From the NCBI GenBank assembly GCA_965206595.1, contig OZ242214.1, forward strand, positions 6,462,675-6,526,674: a stretch of DNA of 64,000 nt. Direction: 5' to 3'. A model generated the notes under the pieces. It was not told the DNA's origin, ran no database searches, and saw nothing but the letters and a program-made list of their open reading frames with translations. Positions 1 through 9,509 of this stretch are shown here, piece after piece. This stretch comes from Candidatus Latescibacterota bacterium. GTDB taxonomy: Bacteria; Latescibacterota; UBA2968; UBA8231. Every line of letters begins with the position of its first letter. Position 1 is the stretch's first letter. The position numbers and the translations under genes were made by a program.

Positions 1-1220
1 GGCCACCGGCACCAACGCCACCACCTGCACCCCGGGGGCCTTCCACCTCGAGACCATGCTCAGGGCGAGCGACGCCTGGCCGTTGAACTTCGGCTTCCTC
101 GGCAAGGGAAACTCCTCCTTCCCGGAGGGGCTGCGCGAACAGGTCCGGGCCGGGGCCTGCGGTCTCAAGCTGCACGAGGACTGGGGCACCACCCCCGCGG
201 CCATCGACACCTGCCTCTCCGTGGCCGAGGAGGAGGACGTCCAGGTCGCCATCCACACCGACACCCTCAACGAGTCCGGCTTCGTCGAGCAGTCGCGGCA
301 GGCGTTCAAGGGCCGCACCATCCACACCTACCACACGGAAGGGGCCGGGGGCGGGCACGCCCCGGACATCATACGGCTGTGCGGAGAGGCGAACGTGCTC
401 CCCTCCTCGACCAATCCGACGCGGCCCTTCACGGTCAACACCATCGACGAGCACCTCGACATGCTGATGGTCTGCCACCACCTCGACAGGAACATCCCCG
501 AGGACGTCGCCTTCGCCGAAAGCCGCATCCGCAAAGAGACCATCGCCGCCGAGGACATCCTCCACGACATCGGGGCGTTCTCCATCATCGCCTCGGACAG
601 CCAGGCCATGGGACGGGTAGGCGAGGTCGTCTGCCGGACCTGGCTAGACCGCCCACAAGATGAAGCTGCAGCGCGGCCCCCTTGCCGGGGACCGGGGGAC
701 CGGCGCCGACAACCTCAGGGTGAGACGCTACATCGCCAAGTACACCATCAACCCGGCGATCGCCCACGGCGTCAGCCGCCACGTCGGCTCGGTCGAGGCG
801 GGCAAGCTCGCCGACCTCGTGCTCCGGAAGCCGGCCTGCTTCGGGTCGCGGCCGGAAATAGTCGTCAAGGGCGGGGTCATCGCCTGGTCCCAGATGGGGG
901 ATGCCAACGCCTCGATCCCGACCCCCGAGCCGGTCCTTCCCAGGCCGATGTTCGGCGCCTTCGGCAACGCCATAGGTCGGACGTCCCTGAGCTTCGTCTC
1001 GCGGAACGGAGCCGAGGCCGCCGCCGGGTACAGGCTTGCAAAGGAGGTCGCCCCGGTCGAGTCCTGCCGGGGGCTGGAGAAGAGGGACATGATCCTCAAC
1101 GACCTCACCCCGGAGATCGAGGTCGACCCGGAGACCTACGAGGTGCGCGCCGACGGAGAGGTGCTGACCTGCGAGCCCGCGGCCAAGCTGCCCCTCGCCC
1201 AGCTCTACAACCTCTTCTGA
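1..1220 (+). CDS. ureC: Urease alpha subunit (UreC), 5'-partial at window edge; apparent 1-bp insertion frameshift near 641-647 (tggcTag)
   Basis: Frame 2 from base 2 reads [10 protein letters not shown]...[14 protein letters not shown]...[14 protein letters not shown]...MVCHHLD..., canonical urease alpha motifs. After ...[17 protein letters not shown] the frame breaks; the continuation KMKLQRGPL...[15 protein letters not shown]...[10 protein letters not shown] runs in the ORF 660..1220. Confidence 0.85.
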
Positions 1221-1485
1221 GCGGCAGCCGGTCCTGTTGGACGTGCAGAAAGCCCCGGGGCAAAGATGGAAACCGGTTGATGAAGGGCCAGACTCCATGA
1301 GAACGGACTCCACCATCGAGACGGGCCGTGGGGCCGTGGCCGGGATGGACCGACGGAACTTGCAGCGCCTCAACCAGGGATGAGATCGGTTGATGAAGGC
1401 CAGACTCCATGAGGCAGAATCCCGCCGCCGAGGCGGGGGTGTGGCCATTGCCACGGATGGATCTGCCGAACCACCGCGAGCGACC

Positions 1486-2223
1486 ATGACACAGGACCAC
1501 GCCATCGAGGCAGAACCCCGAACGGTCTTGGAAGTCGCGGAAAGCGGCGATCCCCTGCTGCTGCTGCTGCAGCTCGGAGACGCGGCGCTGCCGACCGGAG
1601 GCTACGCCTTTTCCGCCGGCCTCGAAGCGGCGCGGCAGCTGGGGCTGGTCGCCGGCGGGGCCGGGCTGCACCAGTTCGCGCGCCAGGCGCTGCGCACCGC
1701 GGGCACCTGCGAACTCCCCTTCCTGCGCGCGGCCTGGCGGCTTGCCCACCCACCGGTGTCCGGCCTGGTGGAGCTGGCGCAGCGCTACGACGCCATGCAG
1801 ACCGCGGCCTGCACGCGCCAGGCGAGCCTGAAGACCGGGCGCGGCTGGCTGCGCCTGTTCCCGCGGCTTTTCCCCGGGCATGGCCAGCGCCGCATCGAGC
1901 GCCTCTTCTCGACGCGGGGGACGGTCCCGCACGGCTGCATCCTCTTCGGGGCCTGTCTCGGCGCCGCCGGCGTCGGCGAGGAGGAAGCGACGGCCCTGTT
2001 CCTGCACCAGCTGCTGCGCGACCAGCTCGGGGCCGCCGTCCGCCTCGGCATCGTCGGCCCCCTCGAGGCGGTGGAGCGCCACGCCGCCCTGCGCCCCGAG
2101 TGCGCCAGGGCGGCCGAGGCCTCGCGCCTTATCCCCTGCGATGAGGCATTCCGCGGCGCGCCCCAGCTCGACCTGGCGCAGGCCGCGCACGGACACCTGT
2201 ACTCGCGGCTGTTTCAGAGCTGA
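1486..2223 (+). CDS. ureF: Urease accessory protein UreF
   Basis: LLLLQLGDAALPTGGYAFSAGLEAA... matches the UreF signature (LLQL.DSALP.GGF.HS.GLE). ATG at 1486 chosen inside the longer ORF 1390..2223. Confidence 0.75.
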   Translation: MTQDHAIEAEPRTVLEVAESGDPLLLLLQLGDAALPTGGYAFSAGLEAARQLGLVAGGAGLHQFARQALRTAGTCELPFLRAAWRLAHPPVSGLVELAQRYDAMQTAACTRQASLKTGRGWLRLFPRLFPGHGQRRIERLFSTRGTVPHGCILFGACLGAAGVGEEEATALFLHQLLRDQLGAAVRLGIVGPLEAVERHAALRPECARAAEASRLIPCDEAFRGAPQLDLAQAAHGHLYSRLFQS

Positions 2224-2335
2224 TCCGCTGTCCACGAGATCACCATGCCCGCTCACAGCTACGATATCACCGGCCGCGAGGGACACCTGAAATCACCCTT
2301 GTTCCATAGCTGACCTGCCACCTGCGGAGACCGAC

Positions 2336-3058
2336 ATGCACACCCACAGCCACGATACCGAAAACGGGCACGGCCACAGCCACGCCGACGATCCGGGATC
2401 CTTCGCCGCCCGGGAGAGGATGGCCAGCGGCAGGGACTTCGAAAGTCGCGCCTTCACCGCCGGCATCGGCGGACCGGTCGGCAGCGGCAAGACCGCGCTC
2501 GTGAAGGCCCTTTGCGAAAGGCTGCGCTCCGACTGCGAACTCGCGGTTGTGACCAACGACATCTTCACCCGCGAGGACGCCGATTTTCTCGTCCGCCACG
2601 ACGCCCTGGACGGTGACCGCATCATCGGGGTGGAGACCGGCGGCTGCCCGCACGCGGCGATCCGCGAGGACATCGTCCTCAACCTCGACGCCCTCGAGAC
2701 CCTGATGGAGCGCTGCCGCCCCGGTCTGCTCCTGCTCGAAAGCGGCGGCGACAATCTCGCCGCGCACTTCAGCAAGGAGCTCGTCGACTACGCCATCTAC
2801 GTGATCGACGTCTCCGGCGGCGACAAGATACCGCGCAAGGGGGGGCCGGGAATCACCCAGTCCGATCTGCTGGTCGTCAACAAGATCGACCTCGCCGGCC
2901 TCGTCGGAGCCGACCTCGAGGTGATGGCCCGCGACGCCCGCAAGATGAGAGGGGAGGGGCCCACGGTCTTCACCTGCATCGCCGACGGCACCGGCGTCGA
3001 CACGGTGATCGCCCACCTGATGGCCGCCCGCGAGCAGGCCGCGGGCGTTCTTCTGTAG
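2336..3058 (+). CDS. ureG: Urease accessory GTPase UreG
   Basis: His-rich N-terminus [17 protein letters not shown]-loop [10 protein letters not shown], and ESGGDNL / NKIDL motifs of the UreG/HypB GTPase family. Confidence 0.9.
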   Translation: MHTHSHDTENGHGHSHADDPGSFAARERMASGRDFESRAFTAGIGGPVGSGKTALVKALCERLRSDCELAVVTNDIFTREDADFLVRHDALDGDRIIGVETGGCPHAAIREDIVLNLDALETLMERCRPGLLLLESGGDNLAAHFSKELVDYAIYVIDVSGGDKIPRKGGPGITQSDLLVVNKIDLAGLVGADLEVMARDARKMRGEGPTVFTCIADGTGVDTVIAHLMAAREQAAGVLL

Positions 3059-3376
3059 TCGGCCGCTGCAATAGCCGACCCGGGCTGCGGCCTGCCCGTC
3101 GCGGTCGCGAACCCCGGCAGTTCGTGTCGGAAACCTGGCCCTTCCCTGGCGCTCGCCAGAGCGTTCTGAATTCTGACGTTCCCTGCCTCCCGAATCCACG
3201 GAGATTCGATTCGATCGCGGTCCCTGCCTTCGCTCGCCCCATGCCCCGGCCTCGCTTGGAGCCACTGTATGGACGAGCGGTTAGCCGTTGGTCGGTCTGT
3301 TGATCGGTTCGGGGCCGCTTCTATATTCGGGCGACCCACGTCCCCCTTCTCCTTCGGCAGAATCCCCCCGTCACCC

Positions 3377-4324
3377 ATGCCCCCCACCCGGCATTCCCTT
3401 ACCGTAGGCACTCGCGGCAGCAGACTCGCCCTCGCCCAGGCGGAGCGCGTCTGCTCCCTCCTCCGGGAAACGGCCGGCGACCGCCCCAAGCTACGGCTCG
3501 AGATCGTCCGCACCGAGGGGGACCGTTCCCGCGGTCCCCTCTCCGAGATCGGGGGACAGGGGGTGTTCACCGCGGAGCTGGAGAAGGCGCTGCGGGACGG
3601 GCGGGTCGACCTCGCCGTCCACAGCCTCAAGGATCTTCCGACCGCGGTCCCTGCCGATCTCGAGCAGGTCGCAGCGCCCGCCCGCGCCGATGTGCGCGAC
3701 GTGCTTGTCACCGCGGGGGACCGCGGCCTCGAGGAGCTGCCTGAGGGAGCCCTCCTCGGTACCGGCAGCCCCCGGCGCCGCGCCCAGTTGCTGGCGCTCC
3801 GCCCCGACCTGCGGTTCGACGACATCCGCGGCAACGTCGACACCCGCATCGGCAAGGTCGGCGCAGACGGGCTCGACGGCGTCGTGCTGGCCGCCGCGGG
3901 CCTGCAGCGGCTCGGCCTGCTGAACCGCGTCAGCTCCTACCTCGACACCGACCAAGTGCTGCCGGCCCCCGGACAAGGAGTGCTCGGGCTGCAGATGCGT
4001 TGCGGCGACCCCCGACGCGCCCTGGTGGCGGCTCTGAACCACGGGCCGACCTGGGCCGGCGCCGCGGCCGAACGCAGCCTCCTCCACTCCCTCGGCGGCG
4101 GCTGCCGCGCCCCGGTGGCCGCCTGGGGCCGCGAGATCAGCGGCGAGCTGCTCCTCGACGGGCTTGTCGCCTCCGCGGACGGCCGCGAGCTGCTGAGGCG
4201 AACCGACGAGGGCCTTCCCGGCGCGGCGGACACCCTCGGACGCGACCAGGCCGCGGAGCTGCTCCGCGCCGGAGCGGACCGGCTGCTGGAGCTATCCGGG
4301 GTCAAGGACACGGCCTCCCCATGA
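3377..4324 (+). CDS. hemC: Hydroxymethylbilane synthase (porphobilinogen deaminase)
   Basis: LTVGTRGSRLALAQAE...GGQGVFTAELEKAL..DGRVDLAVHSLKDLPT...GNVDTRIGKV...GGGCRAPVAA; ATG at 3377 inside ORF 3269..4324. Confidence 0.85.
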   Translation: MPPTRHSLTVGTRGSRLALAQAERVCSLLRETAGDRPKLRLEIVRTEGDRSRGPLSEIGGQGVFTAELEKALRDGRVDLAVHSLKDLPTAVPADLEQVAAPARADVRDVLVTAGDRGLEELPEGALLGTGSPRRRAQLLALRPDLRFDDIRGNVDTRIGKVGADGLDGVVLAAAGLQRLGLLNRVSSYLDTDQVLPAPGQGVLGLQMRCGDPRRALVAALNHGPTWAGAAAERSLLHSLGGGCRAPVAAWGREISGELLLDGLVASADGRELLRRTDEGLPGAADTLGRDQAAELLRAGADRLLELSGVKDTASP

Positions 4325-5874
4325 ACTTCGCGCCGGCAGCGCCGGGAACCGTCTACATCGTCGGGGGCGGCCCGGGAGACCCGGGCCTGCTGACCCTCAA
4401 GGGGGCCCACCTGGTCTCCGAGGCGGACGTGATCCTCTTCGACGACCTGCTCGACCGGCGCCTCCTCGGCCTCGCCCGCGAGGACTGCGAGCAGGTGTAC
4501 GTCGGCCATCGCGGCGGCGCCGGCAGCGGCGGCGCGCGGAAACAGGAGGAGGTCAACGGACTGCTAATTCAATTGGCGCGCGCGGGCCGCCGGGTGGTGC
4601 GCCTGAAGGGGGGGGATCCCTACATCTTCGGCCGCGGCGGCGAGGAGGCGGTGGCGCTCGCCGAAGCCGGGGTGCCGTTCGAGGTGGTCTCCGGAGTGAG
4701 CGCGGCCTCCGGGGTTCCGGCGTACGCCGGCATTCCGCTGACCCACCGCAACGTCTCCGCGGCCGCGGTCCTCGTCACCGGACACGAGGACCCCGCGCGC
4801 AGCGCCCCGGGGGTCGACTGGGAGCTGCTTTCCCGGCTCGACAGCACCCTCGTCGTCTTCATGGGGTCGCGCAAGCTCGGCGAGATCGCGACGACGCTGA
4901 CCCGGCACGGGCGCTCGCCCGAAACCCCCGCCGCGGCCATCGAGTGGGGGACGTGGCCGCACCAGCGCACCGTGGTCTCGACCCTGGGACAGGTCGCCGA
5001 TGCCGCCAGGGACGCGGCCCTGGAGTCGCCGACCCTCGTCCTTGTGGGAGAGGTGGTCTCCCTGCGCGAGCAGCTCAACTGGTTCGAGGGGAAGCCGCTG
5101 TTCGGCCGGCGCATCCTCGTCACCCGCAGCCGCGAGCAGGCCGGCCGCCTGCAGCTGATGCTCGAGGCGGAAGGGGCCGAGGTCCCGGCGCTGCCGCTGC
5201 TGGAGATCGGCCCGCCCGCGGACTGGAGCGATCTCGACGACGCCCTCGGCCGCCTGCCGGAGTTCGCCTGGATCCTGTTCACCAGCCCCAACAGCGTCAG
5301 CTATTTCTTCGACCGCCTCGCTGCCGGGGGGATGGACGCCCGCGCCCTGGGCGGCTGCTCGATCGCCGCGGTCGGCCTGTCGACGGCGCGGCAGCTGCGC
5401 CGCCGCGGCCTGGTGCCCGACCTCGTCCCCCGGGAGCAGTCCCAGAAAGGGCTCGCCGCGGCCTTCGAGGAGGTCGCGGTCGCCGGGGCCAGCTTCCTTG
5501 TGCCTGCCTCTTCCATCGGCCGCACCGGTCTCGACGACGCCCTCGCCCGCAGGGGAGGCCGCGTTTACCGGGTCGTCGCCTACGAGAACCGCCCCCCCGA
5601 CCCGGAAACCGTCGAGCTGCCCGCGGCCCTGGTCGCAAACCGGCTCGACATGATCGTCTTCGCCAGCCCTTCCTCGGTGCGCAACTTCCTCACCGTCTGC
5701 GGCCCGGAAAAGGGGAGGGCCCACCTGGCCGCAACCGCCCTCGCCTGCATCGGCCCGACCACGGCGCAGGCGGTCCGCGACCTCGGGTTCGAGGCCGCCC
5801 TGCAGCCGGCAGAGAGCAGCATTCCCGCCCTCGTGCAGGCGATCTGCACCCACTACGCCGGGGAGCGCCCGTGA
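4321..5874 (+). CDS. cobA: Uroporphyrinogen-III C-methyltransferase fused to uroporphyrinogen-III synthase (CobA/HemD bifunctional)
   Basis: N-terminal VYIVGGGPGDPGLLTLKG...GGDPYIFGRGGEE (SAM-dependent SUMT) and a C-terminal HemD-like half (RILVTRSREQAG...IVFASPSSVRNF). ATGA overlap with the hemC stop; the upstream part of ORF 4000..5874 is rejected. Confidence 0.85.
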   Translation: MNFAPAAPGTVYIVGGGPGDPGLLTLKGAHLVSEADVILFDDLLDRRLLGLAREDCEQVYVGHRGGAGSGGARKQEEVNGLLIQLARAGRRVVRLKGGDPYIFGRGGEEAVALAEAGVPFEVVSGVSAASGVPAYAGIPLTHRNVSAAAVLVTGHEDPARSAPGVDWELLSRLDSTLVVFMGSRKLGEIATTLTRHGRSPETPAAAIEWGTWPHQRTVVSTLGQVADAARDAALESPTLVLVGEVVSLREQLNWFEGKPLFGRRILVTRSREQAGRLQLMLEAEGAEVPALPLLEIGPPADWSDLDDALGRLPEFAWILFTSPNSVSYFFDRLAAGGMDARALGGCSIAAVGLSTARQLRRRGLVPDLVPREQSQKGLAAAFEEVAVAGASFLVPASSIGRTGLDDALARRGGRVYRVVAYENRPPDPETVELPAALVANRLDMIVFASPSSVRNFLTVCGPEKGRAHLAATALACIGPTTAQAVRDLGFEAALQPAESSIPALVQAICTHYAGERP

Positions 5875-6893
5875 GCCCGGAGCGCTACCCCGCCGGCAAG
5901 CTCCCCGCGGAGCTGCTCGGGCGCATGCTCTCCCGCTACGCTGCGCGGGAGGACGAACGCCTGCTAGTTCCCCCCGGCATCGGCGAGGACGCCGCCGTCA
6001 TCCGCTTCGGGGACCGCTGCGTGGTCGCCAAGACCGACCCCATCACCTTCGCCACCGACGAGGCCGGCTGGTACGCCGTCCACGTCAACGCCAACGACGT
6101 CGCCGCCATGGGAGCGACCCCACGCTTCTTCCTCGCCTCCGTCATCCTCCCCGAGGAGCAGGCGACGGAAGCCCTGGTCGAATCGGTGTTCCGCTCGATC
6201 GACGAGGCGGCGCGGCAGTTGGGGATCACAGTATGCGGCGGCCACACCGAGATCACCCGCGGCATCGACCGGCCCATCGTCGTCGGGCAGATGCTCGGGG
6301 ACGTCGACTGCGGAAAGGTGGTGCGCTCCTCCGGCATGGTGCCGGGAGACGCGGTGCTGCTCACCAAGGGGATGGCGGTCGAGGCCACCGCCATCATCGC
6401 GCGGGAAAAGCGCGGGGAGCTGGAGGAACGGGGGTTCGACACCGGCTTCCTCGATGGCTGCGCCGGGTATCTGCGCGACCCCGGCATCAGCGTGGTTCGG
6501 GACGCCGCGATCGCTACCGGGACGGCAGAGGTGCACGCCATGCACGACCCGACCGAAGGGGGGGTCGCCACCGGTCTGGCCGAGATCGCAGCCGCTTCCG
6601 AAGTCGGCCTCGAGGTGTTCGGGGACCGCCTGCGCTGCAGCGACGAATCGCGGCGCCTGTGCGCCGAGTACGGCCTCGACCCGTTCGGGGCGATCTCCTC
6701 AGGCGCCCTTTTGATCGGCTGCCCGCAGGAGGCGGCGGACCCAATCCTGGCGGCGCTGGCCGAAGCGGGGATCGGCGCCGGGATCGGCGCCCGTGCGGTC
6801 GACCTGGCCGCCGGTCTGCAGCTGCGCCGCGGCGGGCGTCTCGAACCGATGCCCCGGTACGAGGTCGACGAGATCACCCGCCTGTTCGGCTAG
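5871..6893 (+). CDS. AIR-synthase-related protein (PurM/HypE/ThiL superfamily), function unknown
   Basis: GEDAAVIRFGDRCVVAKTDPITF...HVNANDVAAMGATP...CGGHTEI...HDPTEGGVATGLAEIA is a PurM-like fold. GTG start at 5871 overlaps the cobA stop. Confidence 0.65.
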   Translation: MSPERYPAGKLPAELLGRMLSRYAAREDERLLVPPGIGEDAAVIRFGDRCVVAKTDPITFATDEAGWYAVHVNANDVAAMGATPRFFLASVILPEEQATEALVESVFRSIDEAARQLGITVCGGHTEITRGIDRPIVVGQMLGDVDCGKVVRSSGMVPGDAVLLTKGMAVEATAIIAREKRGELEERGFDTGFLDGCAGYLRDPGISVVRDAAIATGTAEVHAMHDPTEGGVATGLAEIAAASEVGLEVFGDRLRCSDESRRLCAEYGLDPFGAISSGALLIGCPQEAADPILAALAEAGIGAGIGARAVDLAAGLQLRRGGRLEPMPRYEVDEITRLFG

Positions 6894-7057
6894 GGCCTGC
6901 TCGGCATCTGTCCGCAGCAGGGCGTCAAGCCTGAACTCCCTCGCAGAATCTCCATTTGGGGAAAAATCCAGCGATCTAGCGCCTGAGACGGGCGCGGCTT
7001 CTTTCGAGTAGAATCGAGCTTGAAGGAGGAGGGGCGGGCGGCGGCCCGTCGGCGAAA

Positions 7058-7092
7058 CCGTATATAATACGGGAGCACCGTATTATATACGG
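7058..7092. promoter_or_regulatory. Inverted pair of AT-rich dyad sites CCGTATATAATACGG-gagca-CCGTATTATATACGG (CGTAT-N3-ATACG cores); candidate upstream activator sequence for the sigma54 activator
   Basis: Perfect 15-bp inverted repeats with a 5-bp spacer in otherwise GC-rich DNA. The same CGTAT-N3-ATACG dyad recurs at 12826..12844 upstream of the second sigma54 promoter. Without the IS it would lie ~140 bp upstream of the promoter at 8087. Confidence 0.4.
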
Positions 7093-7143
7093 CAGGACCG
7101 GAAAGCTGGTGCCACCAAGACGAGTTGATGGCGGCGAAAAGAA

Positions 7144-7998
7144 GAACCTATCTCAAAATTGAAATTGTTTAAGCAAAATCAAAATGGATGCAAGTTGGAC
7201 GAAGCCAAGAAAATTCTCCGGATACAATTCCCAGCGAGTGATCACTCGACGCTGCCATTGAAGCCAAGCAAAGAATCTCTCAACCATCCAAGGCCGCACA
7301 TAACGCCGCAATCGCCGTCCATCCTGAGTCTTTTTCTTGGTCCGATTCTGGCGATGCGGGGCGATCATCTCGATCCCGTCTTTCTTAAGCTCTTCATCCA
7401 ACGAATCGCTGTCGTACGCCTTGTCGCCGATCAAGTTGTCAGGTTGGTCTTCGATGAGGTAAAAGTCAAAGGTCAACTGAACCAGCGTCACTTCATGATG
7501 GTTCGCTGCATGCGTGCTCACCGACAAGGGAAGCCCATTGCCGTCCACGATCCCCATGACCCGCACCCCCTTACCTCGCCTGGTGTGGCCGATATCGGCA
7601 CCTCCACCCTTGGCCGCCGAGAACATGCCGTCGATGAAAGCCTCCGATTCGTCCAAGCCCCCTTGCTCGTGAAGGGTCTGGGCCAGGTCCATGAGAACTT
7701 CGCGTACCACCCCTTGACGACACCCGTTTTGAAAACGGCGATGCACGGTTTTGTAGTTCGGATAGCACGGCGGCAACATATGCCATTGAGCCCCGGTGTT
7801 TAGAATCCAAAGAACGGCTTCAAAAACATCACGGGTGCAAACCGGTTTGCGACCCCGGATGGCTCTTGGGACGAAGTTCTTCAGGAAAGTGATGCCGGAT
7901 TCGTTGCCATTGCATGTCGGTCAGGTTGACCATACACCAATGGTACATCACTGTCATTTCGAAAACAAGTTTAAGTTTGCCTATTTTGAGATAGGTTC
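7144..7998 (-). mobile_element. IS5-family insertion sequence (IS427/IS1031-like, ~855 bp) with 16-bp terminal inverted repeats GAACCTATCTCAAAAT
   Basis: Terminal IRs at 7144-7159 and 7983-7998. Lower GC than the flanks. Encodes a DDE transposase. Flanking AAG/AA direct repeat is consistent with a short target-site duplication. Confidence 0.8.
7153..7933 (-). CDS. IS5-family DDE transposase, two overlapping ORFs (orfA 7829..7933, orfB 7153..7828) joined by a frameshift
   Basis: orfA MVNLTDMQWQRIRHHFPEELRPK... stops at 7829. In the adjacent frame ...RDVFEAVLWILNTGAQWHMLPPCYPNYKTVHRRFQ... continues to 7153, the classical IS5/IS427 two-ORF transposase organisation. Confidence 0.8.
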
Positions 7999-8086
7999 AA
8001 GAAAAAGTGGTGTTAGTCAGCCACCGCAAAAACAACAGGTTACGAAAACTACAAACGCCAATTCATGGGCTCCCCGGCCATGTTCA

Positions 8087-8100
8087 GGCACGCCTTTTGC
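8087..8100 (+). promoter_or_regulatory. Sigma54 (-24/-12) promoter aGGCACGccttTTGC
   Basis: Matches the TGGCACG-N4-TTGC consensus with correct GG/GC spacing, ~74 bp upstream of the ATG at 8174. Near-identical core to the promoter at 12980. The flanking ~100 bp is homologous between the two loci, including a shared AAAAACAAC-NN-GTTA 15-mer. Confidence 0.55.
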
Positions 8101-8173
8101 GAGTCTTCGAAATCGACAGGGAAAGGGGGAGCCTGTCGGGCCCATGCCCGGGCAGAACAAGGAGGAGAAACAG

Positions 8174-9157
8174 ATGCTTTTTTCCGTCACAACGAATCGG
8201 TGGAGCATGGCCCTCGTCCTGCTCATCGGGCCGGCCCTGTCGGCCGAAGCCCACGTCGGCGGTCGAGTGTTCCCGATTCCCGAACTCACCGACGAAATGC
8301 TGGCCGAGATCCAGCTCGACGGCTTCGTGGAGGAGTGGTCGGATCTGATCGGCGAACCGACCCTGACCCTGCTTGACTTCACCCACGGAGGGGGGGGGGG
8401 GGGGAGCCTCGATCCGTCGGATATCGACTTCCGGATCTGGCTGGCCTGGCACGATGATCCGGCTCGTATCTATGCAGCCTTGGTGGTCGCCGATGACGTT
8501 TACAAGAATACTCACACTTACGATGTGGATTGGGCCACCTCACTAAAAAGTAGCATGGTTGGCGGCAACGACAGTATTCGCCTTGGAGTCGACGGAGATC
8601 ACAGCGGCGGTCCCGGGTTTGTTGATCAATCATTCGAAACAAAGGAACTCGCGGAGGCCGAACTCGTGAAGGTCTCTGGGAAGACCCAGATGTATGAGGC
8701 CATTTCCCGCACTCCTGATGGACCGACCGTGGATGCCCGGAGATCCAGGTACTGGAGCGGGGTCTTCTCCTGGATGGCCCTTCCTCCCTTCGCGGAGGCC
8801 GGCGGCAGGGTAGCCGGAGAAACGCCGGTCATCTGGTCGATCGAGCTGTACATCACGCCGTTCGACCACAGGGGGGAGGAGTTGACCAGCCCCGAAGGGA
8901 GTGTGATAAGCGATCTGAGCGCCGATCGGTTCATCGGCTTCGCGATTGGGGTGTTTGATGAGGACGGGCGGGATCCTCATACGGAACCAAGGAGGTTGAT
9001 ACCGGAAGCCTTGGCGGGTCCCGATCATGAAGTTTTTTCCGATATGTCTGATTTTCGCGCCGACAATTTTCTCGATGGGCTGCTGCTGCCGGCTGGAGGC
9101 ACTGCGGTCGAGTCGGTTACCTGGGGCCGGATCAAGGCTTCCCTGGAACTGAAGTAG
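8174..9157 (+). CDS. Secreted protein, paralog 1 of a four-member family of unknown function; signal peptide MALVLLIGPALSAEA|HVGGRV
   Basis: RBS AAGGAGGAG at 8158-8166. Shares AHSGGRV(F/Y)PI...DEML..I.LDDG..EW..L.GEP..TLLDF, IWLAWHDDP.R.Y, DGDHSGG, YEAI.RT..GP, PPYG..GGGV.GE.PVI..IELY.TPFD and a C-terminal WGRIKASLE with the ORFs at 13463, 14512 and 15586. Confidence 0.8.
   Translation: MLFSVTTNRWSMALVLLIGPALSAEAHVGGRVFPIPELTDEMLAEIQLDGFVEEWSDLIGEPTLTLLDFTHGGGGGGSLDPSDIDFRIWLAWHDDPARIYAALVVADDVYKNTHTYDVDWATSLKSSMVGGNDSIRLGVDGDHSGGPGFVDQSFETKELAEAELVKVSGKTQMYEAISRTPDGPTVDARRSRYWSGVFSWMALPPFAEAGGRVAGETPVIWSIELYITPFDHRGEELTSPEGSVISDLSADRFIGFAIGVFDEDGRDPHTEPRRLIPEALAGPDHEVFSDMSDFRADNFLDGLLLPAGGTAVESVTWGRIKASLELK
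8390..8404 (+). repeat. G15 homopolymer inside the coding sequence of paralog 1 (encodes HGGGGGGS); candidate slipped-strand phase-variation tract
   Basis: ggag + 14 g + agcc read directly. It lies in the loop that is hypervariable among the four paralogs (DFTHGGGGGGSLDPS vs DFSEDQGFPLDPS / DFQTHSNFLPPDPS / DFSSQNDFEALDPS). Confidence 0.7.
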
Positions 9158-9509
9158 CCGGCGTATCGTCCGGTCCATTTCGCAGCCTTCCTTTCAAGCC
9201 CTCGTAACATTGGCTTTCCCTAAAGCATTCCTTCCGGCTTGGCCCTTTCCAGCCCTCCTTCTACTGAACGCACGCCTGGACCGCTCAAGCTGACCGTCTT
9301 CCTTTCGCTATGTTCGCTCCTGTGGCAGCCCCCCGCCGTGGCCCCCTACATGGAATAGAATGAACCGATGGTTAAGCAGCTGGCTGGCTGACTGGTAATC
9401 CAGGTAAGGTGGGGGAAAAACATCCGCCCCATTGTGCTGCCACACTGGCGAATCGCCAAACCGAAGACACCGAGGGGCGCGTCGGGTAGAGCCCCGTTCA
9501 AGACCGCTT

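Noticed and set aside
2267-3265. Minus-strand 332-aa ORF between ureF and hemC considered as a possible ureD
   Set aside because: Antisense to ureG, no UreD motifs, low-complexity composition.
4000-4320. Upstream 107-aa extension of the cobA-hemD ORF overlapping hemC
   Set aside because: Arg/Pro-rich nonsense overlapping the hemC frame. The methyltransferase begins at MNFAPAAPGTVYIVGGG (4321) with an ATGA overlap.
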